In this document: piece by piece, positions 17,979-25,421 of the stretch
How the letters are laid out: the number at the start of each line of letters is the position of its first letter
How positions within the stretch are numbered: position 1 is the first letter of the stretch
Origin: Crocosphaera subtropica ATCC 51142
GTDB taxonomy: Bacteria; Cyanobacteriota; Cyanobacteriia; Cyanobacteriales; Microcystaceae
Length of the DNA stretch: 32,000 nucleotides
Assembly: GCF_000017845.1 (NCBI RefSeq)
Contig: NC_010546.1
Coordinates: forward strand, 2,430,001-2,462,000
Reading direction: 5' to 3'
Position numbers and translations under genes: made by a program
Notes under the pieces: model-generated
The model's input: only the letters and a program-made list of their open reading frames with translations
The model's database searches: none
Told to the model about the DNA's origin: nothing

Positions 17979-18560
17979 TTAAGAAGTTTGAGAATTTTGA
18001 TCGGTGTTTTGTAACTTGATAAAACTATCAAAAGCATACCAAGCTAAGACATACCAAGGAATCGTTTCTAATTGCCACCCCTTAAGGATTAATTGTCGCC
18101 AAGCTAATAAACCAAAACTTAAAGGGATAAGAACTCTTAAATCAACAATATTATTACTAGCTTGTTGAATATGTTGATTGACATTTTTAGTGATTTGAGT
18201 GACTTGGATAGCTGTTTGGGAAGGATGAGGAATAGGGATTAAAGATTGTGTTGATTTTTCTGAGAAACTTAATCCCAATTCTCTTAATTTATCAAAGATT
18301 TCTACAGCTTTTAGTGACTGGAAATTATAAAAAATGGTTAAACTACCAATCTGAAAATTGCTCCTCACGCTTTCAATGGCTAATTGATTTTTAAGACTAA
18401 CAATAATTAAATTAATTGAATCTATATGGCGTGAAAATGAGGGGACTCGGATGCGAATTCGGCCTGGAGTTATACTGAGAATCTCAGTCATAATTAAGGA
18501 ATTATTTGGAGATGATTGGGTTAAATCGAGGGAATTAGAAGCTGATTTTTGGTTATTCAT
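17979..18560 (-). CDS. HMA2-like (heavy-metal-associated-like fold) domain protein with C-terminal TM helices
   Basis: It has the ITPGRIRIRVP motif followed by a beta-alpha-beta-like segment (LKNQLAIESVRSNFQIGSLTIFY). Two C-terminal hydrophobic helices follow. It starts 62 nt downstream of the thioredoxin gene on the same strand. Confidence 0.6.
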   Translation of the reverse strand: MNNQKSASNSLDLTQSSPNNSLIMTEILSITPGRIRIRVPSFSRHIDSINLIIVSLKNQLAIESVRSNFQIGSLTIFYNFQSLKAVEIFDKLRELGLSFSEKSTQSLIPIPHPSQTAIQVTQITKNVNQHIQQASNNIVDLRVLIPLSFGLLAWRQLILKGWQLETIPWYVLAWYAFDSFIKLQNTDQNSQTS

Positions 18561-18622
18561 AACACAATTATTGCGACTGCTTACCCTAAATAGTGAAAAA
18601 CTTATACTCCTAATTTTCTTGG

Positions 18623-18940
18623 TTAAACCAAAAGATTAAGATGTTGTATCAATTGAGATGCTTGCATTGCCCCTTCGAGGCGTTCTACTGGTTCTCCTTT
18701 TTTAAATAAAACTAAAGTAGGTAAAGATTGAATACCATACTTAGATGCAATCCCTGGATACTTGTCCGTATCAATCTTAACAACTTGTAAACGATTTCTC
18801 ATTTGAGTTCCTACTTGTTCTAAGATAGGAGACATCATTTGACAAGGACCGCACCAAGTTGCGTAAAAATCCACGAGAACGGGAACAGTGGATGTGGATA
18901 ACATTTCTTCAAAACTGGAAAATTGCTTCTTAAGTGCCAT
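18623..18940 (-). CDS. trx: Thioredoxin
   Basis: This 105-aa product has the WCGPC active site, a YATWCGPCQMMSP context, and IQSLPTLVLFKKGEP. Confidence 0.9.
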   Translation of the reverse strand: MALKKQFSSFEEMLSTSTVPVLVDFYATWCGPCQMMSPILEQVGTQMRNRLQVVKIDTDKYPGIASKYGIQSLPTLVLFKKGEPVERLEGAMQASQLIQHLNLLV

Positions 18941-19534
18941 AATTGTTGAGATAGGGTGAGTTAATAATAATTATCAGCAAGATTATCTGTTGTTCTTGCC
19001 ATAGACAATATAGTTTTTTCACTACCAATATTATACTGTGTGATTAGATATTATGCCTTGCAGAGATAATTGATCAATGCTAGTATGCTCAACATAACTA
19101 TAGATACTTAAGAAATAAAACCACAAAATTAACATCTTCCCTTCTGTTCTTAATGTAATCTTTAATATTACCCTTCAAAAAAATGGGAAATCAATCAGAA
19201 TATTGATTTTGTCATCGTCATCGATGTTGGAAATAATACTTAACAATAAAAATGTTAGTAATTATAGCTATTCTGAATCGATAATTAATTTTGGCTAGAA
19301 CTCAGAAAAGTCCCTATTCAAAGCTTGTTGAAACCAAAGCTTTTCTAGCGTGTTGAGACAAAACAGCTTAACTATGCTAAAGTAACCCTGATATGTACAT
19401 CATAATCTCAAGATAATTATGTTAATATCTTAAACAAAAGAATCATTCTTTAATGACTTAATTGGTCCGATTGTTTTTGATTTAGCTAAGGTTAAATCAG
19501 TCAACTCAAGCAAAAATCAACAAAAAACCAGCTT

Positions 19535-21046
19535 ATGAAATCTTCCCTTGTTATTTTATATCACCGTGAACCTTACGATGAAGTAGTAGAAAATGGACAA
19601 GTAAGATATTTGCCTAAAAAAAGTCCTAATGGTATTGTCCCTACGTTAAAGAGCTTTTTTGCTGATGATAATAATCAAGGAACTTGGATTGCGTGGAAAC
19701 AAGTTTCGCCAGAGCAAAAAAATCAATTCAATAAGAATGTTGTTGTGGAAGACGATGGGAATTATCGGGTTTCCCGTATCCCTTTGACCGCCGAGCAAGT
19801 CAGAGATTTTTACCACGTTACCTCAAAAGAAGCATTTTGGCCAATTCTACATTCATTTCCTTACCACTTTACCAGTGAATCATCCAATTGGGATAACTTT
19901 GTAAAAATCAACCGTCTCTTTGCTGAAGCAGCTTGTGAAGAAGCGGCAGATGATGCCCTAATTTGGGTTCATGATTATAACCTTTGGCTTGCGCCTCAGT
20001 TTATTCGGGAGAAAAAGCCTGACGCACGCATTGCTTTCTTCCATCATACCCCTTTTCCTTCGGTGGATATATTCAATATTTTACCTTGGCGAGAAGCGAT
20101 CGTTGATAGTCTTTTGTGTTGTGATGTGGTTGGCTTCCACATTCCTCGTTACTCCGAAAACTTTGTCAATGTTGCCCGTAGTTTGCGACCCATTGATATC
20201 GTAGAAAAAACTAAAGTCACAGGACATATTACCCCTGTTGGCATTGCCTTAGCTGAACCCGAAGCCACTACTAAGTTAAAATACAAAAATCAAATCGTCA
20301 AAGTAGATGCGTTTCCTGTGGGAACTAGCCCCCAAAATATTTTAGATGTCTTGCGTACCCCAGAAGCAGAGGCCAAAGTTGCAGAAATCAAAGAGACGTT
20401 ACAGGGTCGTAAACTGATTATTGCAGCCGGTCGGGTGGATTATGTTAAAGGTAATAAGGAAAAATTAGAAGCATTTGAGCGTTTGTTAGAACGTCGCCCT
20501 GAATTACATGGTAAAGTTAACTTCATCATGACTTGTGTGCAAGCAGCCACAGGAATGCAAGTGTATCAAGAAGCGCAACGAGAAATTGAATATTTAGTGG
20601 GTAAAATTAACGGACGTTTTGCTAAGTTTGATTGGATACCCATTCGCTTATCTACTCAACCTATTCCTTTACTGGATTTATTCTGCTACTATAGAGCGGC
20701 CGATATTTGCTGGACAACGCCTTTACGGGATGGTTTAAATTTAGTGGCTAAAGAGTATATTGTTGCTCATGAAGGGAAAGACGGGGTCTTAGTTCTATCT
20801 GAGTTTGTTGGGGCAGCCACTGAACTTCCTCAAGCGATTTTAACCAATCCTTACTCCATTAAATTAATGGATGAAGCCATCGATCAAGCTTTGGATATGT
20901 CCCCCGAAGAACAACAGGAAAAAATGGCGAAGATGTACGAAACGGTGACTAAGTACGATGTTAAATACTGGTCTGACCGTCTCTTGAACTACTTTGCTAA
21001 GATGACCCGTGAATTTGTCGATGACAAAGAACCTGCATTAAACTAA
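19535..21046 (+). CDS. ggpS: Glucosylglycerol-phosphate synthase (GT20 family)
   Basis: The N-terminus SSLVILYHREPYDEV...KKSPNGI.PTLKSFFAD, and the blocks FWPILHSFP, WVHDYNLWLAP, FFHHTPFPSVDIFNILPWR and LRDGLNLVAKEY, closely match the Synechocystis GgpS sequence as I remember it. The size is 503 aa. Confidence 0.9.
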   Translation: MKSSLVILYHREPYDEVVENGQVRYLPKKSPNGIVPTLKSFFADDNNQGTWIAWKQVSPEQKNQFNKNVVVEDDGNYRVSRIPLTAEQVRDFYHVTSKEAFWPILHSFPYHFTSESSNWDNFVKINRLFAEAACEEAADDALIWVHDYNLWLAPQFIREKKPDARIAFFHHTPFPSVDIFNILPWREAIVDSLLCCDVVGFHIPRYSENFVNVARSLRPIDIVEKTKVTGHITPVGIALAEPEATTKLKYKNQIVKVDAFPVGTSPQNILDVLRTPEAEAKVAEIKETLQGRKLIIAAGRVDYVKGNKEKLEAFERLLERRPELHGKVNFIMTCVQAATGMQVYQEAQREIEYLVGKINGRFAKFDWIPIRLSTQPIPLLDLFCYYRAADICWTTPLRDGLNLVAKEYIVAHEGKDGVLVLSEFVGAATELPQAILTNPYSIKLMDEAIDQALDMSPEEQQEKMAKMYETVTKYDVKYWSDRLLNYFAKMTREFVDDKEPALN

Positions 21047-21083
21047 AAGTTTGCTCCCTGATGACCCTCAGTAAGTTCCGTTT

Positions 21084-21113
21084 CCCTACATTGATATGTG
21101 GGGACTTTTTTTT
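21084..21113 (+). terminator. Rho-independent terminator of ggpS
   Basis: An 8-bp stem CCCTACAT / ATGTGGGG (one G-U pair) has a 4-nt loop and is followed by AC and a T9 run. Confidence 0.7.
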
Positions 21114-21153
21114 ATAATAGGAAAATAAGAATCTTTTAATCAATTTATAACTT

Positions 21154-21321
21154 ATGGTATCGTCTTTAGAAAATAATCAAAAAAAATCACCAGAAACAAC
21201 CCATCAATCCGAATCCGAAACCACCTCAAACCAAGAACATATTTTATGTCCTCATTGTAAACGGACAGCGAGTAATGGTATTAAATGTAAAGGCATTTGT
21301 GTGGCCGATGATGATTATTAA
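21154..21321 (+). CDS. Small Cys-rich protein (55 aa), below the ORF-track size cut-off
   Basis: My manual translation is MVSSLENNQKKSPETTHQSESETTSNQEHILCPHCKRTASNGIKCKGICVADDDY*. It has a CxxC-x9-C-x3-C arrangement and starts 40 nt after the ggpS terminator. Confidence 0.45.
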   Translation: MVSSLENNQKKSPETTHQSESETTSNQEHILCPHCKRTASNGIKCKGICVADDDY

Positions 21322-21658
21322 TGATTTATTTGTTTCCAAAATTAAATGATGATTAATAATACAAGGATAGAAGAAATGGGATGAGCCATTATTTTCCATT
21401 ATCCCATTTTTCACCTAATCATTAACTAAGTTTTATCTGCATAACTTTTGGTCAGTGTTTGACGCACCTTTTTATATTTTTCTACATTTAGTGAAGGCAT
21501 ACCTCCTGGAACAAATATTTGCGAAACTGAGAGTTGATTTTGATTATCTGTCATATTCATGCGATGTAATTTTAAACTTATATTATTATCGTACTATTAC
21601 ATTATTATTTTAAAGTAAAATTGGTTATTGTATAGGTTGCATGAACGTATTTATTAAC

Positions 21659-21868
21659 TTATTTAAAACTGATTCCTGATTGCTTTTCAATGGATTTTAA
21701 AGTACCTATAGGAATCATTTTACCTTGATGAATAGGAACAATAGCTGTCCGTTTTGTTTCAGGATTAAATAACTTTAAATGAGAACCTGTTTGTGAAACC
21801 TCTATAAAACCCGATTGTTTAAGTTGCTTAATCACTTCTTTAGCTGTTAAACGAGGGGTTTTTGGCAT
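21659..21868 (-). CDS. hicA: Type II toxin HicA (mRNA interferase family)
   Basis: This 69-aa product has the KEVIKQLKQSGF...GSHLKL pattern with the conserved His. It lies 14 nt downstream of a HicB-like gene. Confidence 0.8.
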   Translation of the reverse strand: MPKTPRLTAKEVIKQLKQSGFIEVSQTGSHLKLFNPETKRTAIVPIHQGKMIPIGTLKSIEKQSGISFK

Positions 21869-21882
21869 AATTTATAGCTATT

Positions 21883-22092
21883 CTAAATAACAACTTCAAC
21901 TGTATCAAACTTTTGGTCTGGATTGATTATATGCTCAGGAATTGGTTCTAAAAGCAACTGAATGGCCTCTTTTAGATTGGCTACCGCTTCCTCCTTTGTA
22001 TCACCGCAAGAAGAAATATAATTCAATTCTGGACAAGTTGCCGAAAACGCTTTTACTTCATCATCCCACTCTAAAACTGCTCGAATAATCAT
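21883..22092 (-). CDS. hicB: Type II antitoxin, HicB-like (UPF0150 fold)
   Basis: This 69-aa product has the pattern ...WDDEVKAFSATCPELNYISSCGDTKEEAVANLKEAIQLLLE, typical of short HicB/UPF0150 proteins. It sits immediately upstream of hicA. Confidence 0.75.
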   Translation of the reverse strand: MIIRAVLEWDDEVKAFSATCPELNYISSCGDTKEEAVANLKEAIQLLLEPIPEHIINPDQKFDTVEVVI

Positions 22093-22164
22093 AAGTATTT
22101 TACAATTAAACTATCACTGTAAAATTATATCTTATCTTAACTTCTCTATACTAAGAAATGAAAT

Positions 22165-22197
22165 AAGATAAAGTAGGATAAGATAAGATAAGATAAA
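22165..22197. repeat. GATAA pentamer tandem repeat in the divergent promoter region
   Basis: Read directly: aagataaagtagGATAAGATAAGATAAGATAAac. It lies between the hicB start (22092) and the antitoxin-like ORF (22199). Confidence 0.7.
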
Positions 22198-22198
22198 C

Positions 22199-22417
22199 GT
22201 GCTTTTACCAATGAAAGAAGTCATCAAACATCTTAAAGTATCAGAGATTCCTAATGTAATTGCTCAATTAGGACTATCTCCTGACCAAGAAGTTAACTTA
22301 ACTATTGAAGAAACATCAGATGATTTACTCTCTATTATGGATAAAATAGGAGAAAAAGCTCAAGCTAAGGGATTAACAAAAGAAAAATTCCAAGAGTTAT
22401 TAGCTGATGAATCTTGA
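22199..22417 (+). CDS. Antitoxin-like small protein of the kind usually found upstream of PIN/VapC toxins in cyanobacteria. The real start is probably ATG 22211.
   Basis: The 72-aa product ends ...KAQAKGLTKEKFQELLADES, a C-terminus I associate with cyanobacterial VapB-like antitoxins. No intact toxin gene follows. Confidence 0.5.
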   Translation: MLLPMKEVIKHLKVSEIPNVIAQLGLSPDQEVNLTIEETSDDLLSIMDKIGEKAQAKGLTKEKFQELLADES

Positions 22418-22441
22418 ACAAGTGGTTATCTATACTAATTT

Positions 22442-23944
22442 TTAATTTAGAATTTCCTCTACTTTTTGAGGAGAAACTAAGGTATTCGCGCATAAAATAC
22501 CGGAACCAGTAACCGCCGGAACCCCAATTCCGGGTAAGGTACTATCTCCCACTCGATAAAGTCCTGAAATGGGAGTATGACAACTAGGAAACATCCCCTT
22601 TCCTGCCGGTATAGCAGGGCCATAAGTTCCCTGATAACGACGGAGAAAGCGACTATGGGTTAAGGGAGTGCCAATTAATTCTAAAACCACTCGTTGACGA
22701 ATATCAGGGATAACCTTTTCTAATGCTTTATAAAGGGTTTGCGATCGCTGTTTTTTCTTGTTTTCATACGCTTCATTTTTTTCCCATCCTTCATAGGGTT
22801 CTAAGGTGTAAGCATGAACCACATAATGACCATCTGGGGCTAAATTTTTATCCCAAACTGAAGGAATAGAAATCATACAAGTATTACCCGGAACGGTAAT
22901 GTCTTTATTACTATCATGAACCACTACATGATGACCCGTTAAATGGTCTAATCCGTCTGCTTTTATACCTAAATGAAGGTGCATAAAACTTTCAACGGCA
23001 GGGGTTTCTAGTTGTTCTTGTCGGTAACTTTTTGGTAAATCTTCTGCATCTAAAAGCTGTTGATAGGTATCCCAAAGTGTGGCGTTAGAAATAACAATAG
23101 GGGCGTTAATAATATCTCCTTTCTTTAGTTTGATTCCTGTGACTTTTCCTGATTTAACAATTATTTTATCCACATGAGACTTTAGATATAATGCTCCTCC
23201 ATATCGCTTTAAACCCTTGAGCAATGCGTCAACAATGGCTGCACTTCCACCGATAGGATATTCTACCCCGGCACGAGTTCTTTCTCCTAACATAAAGGCA
23301 ATTTCTGGGGCAACCGTTCCTTTAGCTTTTAATCCTGAGAGTAAGAAACATTCAAGATCAATTAAGCGACGAACCCAGGGATCGTTTACGGTTTTATCCA
23401 TCACATCTCCTGCTGACCCACTAATTATTCCCAGTTGAAATAAACTTTTAATTAAAGAGGGAAAATAGCGTGTTACTAAAACAGGAAATAATTGCCAATC
23501 TGACCGTAAAGCAATAGTAGGAATATCTTTTAAACAGTCATAAAGTCCTAGCATTTTTGACTCAAACTCAGCTAATTCTTTAGCCCCTTGAGGAGTTACT
23601 TGGGCGACGGCTTGACGATACTTTTCTAACTCACTATAAACAGGAAATTTACCTTCTGGAAAATGATAATGACCCAAGGGATCATAAGGAATAACTTCTA
23701 AACTTTCCCCTAAACTATCTAATACTTGTTTTAACGGATTAAGAGAGGGCTTATCATTGCCTAAACCACAGTAAAAAGAGGGGCCCGAATCAAAGATAAA
23801 CCCTTGACGAGTAAAGGTGTGGGCAGCCCCACCGGGGATAGAATGACTTTCAAAAATGGCAACCTTTTTTCCATATTTTGCTAATAAAGATCCTGCCGTT
23901 AAACCACCGATTCCACTGCCAATAATAACAACATCAAAACTCAT
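22442..23944 (-). CDS. Phytoene desaturase-family FAD-dependent oxidoreductase (carotenoid isomerase CrtISO/CrtH-like)
   Basis: The N-terminal dinucleotide fold is DVVIIGSGIGGLTAGSLLAKYGKKVAIFESHSIPGG. The C-terminal motif is GLYRVGDSTLPGIGVPAV. At 500 aa it fits the family, but the exact substrate cannot be called. Confidence 0.8.
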   Translation of the reverse strand: MSFDVVIIGSGIGGLTAGSLLAKYGKKVAIFESHSIPGGAAHTFTRQGFIFDSGPSFYCGLGNDKPSLNPLKQVLDSLGESLEVIPYDPLGHYHFPEGKFPVYSELEKYRQAVAQVTPQGAKELAEFESKMLGLYDCLKDIPTIALRSDWQLFPVLVTRYFPSLIKSLFQLGIISGSAGDVMDKTVNDPWVRRLIDLECFLLSGLKAKGTVAPEIAFMLGERTRAGVEYPIGGSAAIVDALLKGLKRYGGALYLKSHVDKIIVKSGKVTGIKLKKGDIINAPIVISNATLWDTYQQLLDAEDLPKSYRQEQLETPAVESFMHLHLGIKADGLDHLTGHHVVVHDSNKDITVPGNTCMISIPSVWDKNLAPDGHYVVHAYTLEPYEGWEKNEAYENKKKQRSQTLYKALEKVIPDIRQRVVLELIGTPLTHSRFLRRYQGTYGPAIPAGKGMFPSCHTPISGLYRVGDSTLPGIGVPAVTGSGILCANTLVSPQKVEEILN

Positions 23945-23968
23945 TATTAAACTCTTATAGGGGTTGAT

Positions 23969-23989
23969 GGGTTTAGCTTCGCTAAACCC
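23969..23989. repeat. Short palindromic hairpin element GGGTTTAGC-TTC-GCTAAACCC
   Basis: It has a 9-bp perfect stem and is flanked by partial copies (AGGGGTTGATG ... CCTAC). It lies between two minus-strand genes and may terminate 24018..24353. Confidence 0.5.
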
Positions 23990-24017
23990 CTACGAACTGG
24001 TAAAATACCACAATTAC

Positions 24018-24353
24018 TTACGATTTAGAGTTAGATTTATTCTGAATTAACGCACGATATAATCCGTAAAGAACAACCCCTAAAATTCCCACAACAATTA
24101 AAGAGGTGACTAATTTTAAAATGCCATTGAGGATGGATAATCCTACTATCACCCCAACCACAGCAACGCCTACTTTAGCAGGGGTTTCTAACCCTTGATA
24201 CCAAGTAGCAACACGAGTTAATATCCCGTTACTATTTTCTTCATTGGGATTAAAAGGACGTACTGGAGTGGTTTGATTGTTTATTTCTGCTTCGAGATCC
24301 TTAAATTTCTGTTCTAACTTTTGTTCCCAGTTGGGACTATTGCGATCGCTCAT
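24018..24353 (-). CDS. Hypothetical membrane protein
   Basis: This 111-aa product has a charged, coiled N-terminus and two C-terminal hydrophobic helices (VGVAVVGVIVGLSIL, LIVVGILGVVLYGL). Confidence 0.6.
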   Translation of the reverse strand: MSDRNSPNWEQKLEQKFKDLEAEINNQTTPVRPFNPNEENSNGILTRVATWYQGLETPAKVGVAVVGVIVGLSILNGILKLVTSLIVVGILGVVLYGLYRALIQNKSNSKS

Positions 24354-25022
24354 AAAATAACTATCCTAATTTAGTTACCATCTATACTATTTATATGTTA
24401 ATGCAATTTTAGGCTTTACGGCCAACTAAGGACTTCGACAAAAATCAACATTATTGATTAAGTTAGGCAGGGGAGATGGAGGGGGCAAAGAGGGCAGAGG
24501 AAGCAGATGAGGTGGGGCTTACGGCTTATTTACATTTCTTAAGATAGTCGAGTTTATTTATGTCTGACTACTTATATATAAGTCATCACTTTGCTATAAC
24601 AATGACATACAAAAGACACAAACGAATCTTAATGTAAGAAGTGACCATTAAATTGCTTAAATCACTATGAAACTCACGGTTATTCTCATTAATACTATCG
24701 TCCTCGCTTCTTTCTTGACTGGAGTTGGCGTTCTCTTAGATAAAATAGAAACCGCTTCTTTATCTAATCCTTTTCGAGTAAGAACAGCACAACTTAACAA
24801 AACTAATTAATTAGATTTAACCTGTTTGGGTCACTCGTTTGGGGGAAGTGTAAAAGCGATATTTCAGATAAATTGATAAAAGATTCTGAATAACGAAGCC
24901 GAAGAGATTGGACAATGAAAAAAACAACAGAAATCAAAAATTTTCAACTGTTTATTACCACGTTTGTTTATACCTTTTCTTTGTTTCAATCTTTTCTTCC
25001 TCAGAAAGAAGCTAATTAAGAA

Positions 25023-25052
25023 GAGTTCGGGGTTAGGAGTTCGGAGTTCAGA
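25023..25052. repeat. Tandem heptamer repeat GAGTTCG/GGGTTAG/GAGTTCG/GAGTTCA (STRR-like)
   Basis: Read directly. It lies just downstream of the glutaredoxin-like gene stop. Confidence 0.75.
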
Positions 25053-25090
25053 AATTAAATAATTTTTCGATTACAAGCATTAACGATAAG

Positions 25091-25363
25091 TTAGTCTCCA
25101 TCGGATACTTGGAAATACTGTTCCAATTTTTGTGCTAACTTATCCACAGAAATACGAGGGGAAAACCGAGGAATGGTTTTTTCTCCTTTGGGTAGCTGTA
25201 ACCGTAAGACAGGGATTTCGTATTGATAAGCGGTAAACCAATCGTCACGGGTAGTAATATCTCTTATTTCTAATTCAAACGGTAGGGTTTCTATTTGTTT
25301 TAATTTCCCTTCAAGTCCTTCACATAAATGACACCCTGGTTTGCTATATAAAATGAGTCGCAT
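25091..25363 (-). CDS. Glutaredoxin-like protein (DUF836/thioredoxin fold)
   Basis: This 90-aa product starts MRLILYSKPGCHLCEG, has a CxxC motif, and has IPVL later in the sequence. Confidence 0.8.
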   Translation of the reverse strand: MRLILYSKPGCHLCEGLEGKLKQIETLPFELEIRDITTRDDWFTAYQYEIPVLRLQLPKGEKTIPRFSPRISVDKLAQKLEQYFQVSDGD

Positions 25364-25421
25364 AAAGTTAATTAAGAAAGAAGTAGGATAATATTGTAAA
25401 TCTTGAGATGATATTTAGACA

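Noticed and set aside
18451-18639. Plus-strand ORF 18451..18639
   Set aside because: It lies antisense to the start of the HMA2-like gene and the trx-HMA2 spacer. It is short and has no motif.
18941-19534. A ggpR-like small repressor ORF upstream of ggpS
   Set aside because: I found only ORFs of 8 codons or fewer (for example MPCRDN*, MLNITIDT* and MGNQSEY*). Nothing resembles a plausible small protein.
19971-20204. Plus-strand ORF 19971..20204
   Set aside because: It is an alternative frame inside ggpS.
23217-23438. Plus-strand ORF 23217..23438
   Set aside because: It lies antisense inside the CrtISO-like oxidoreductase gene.
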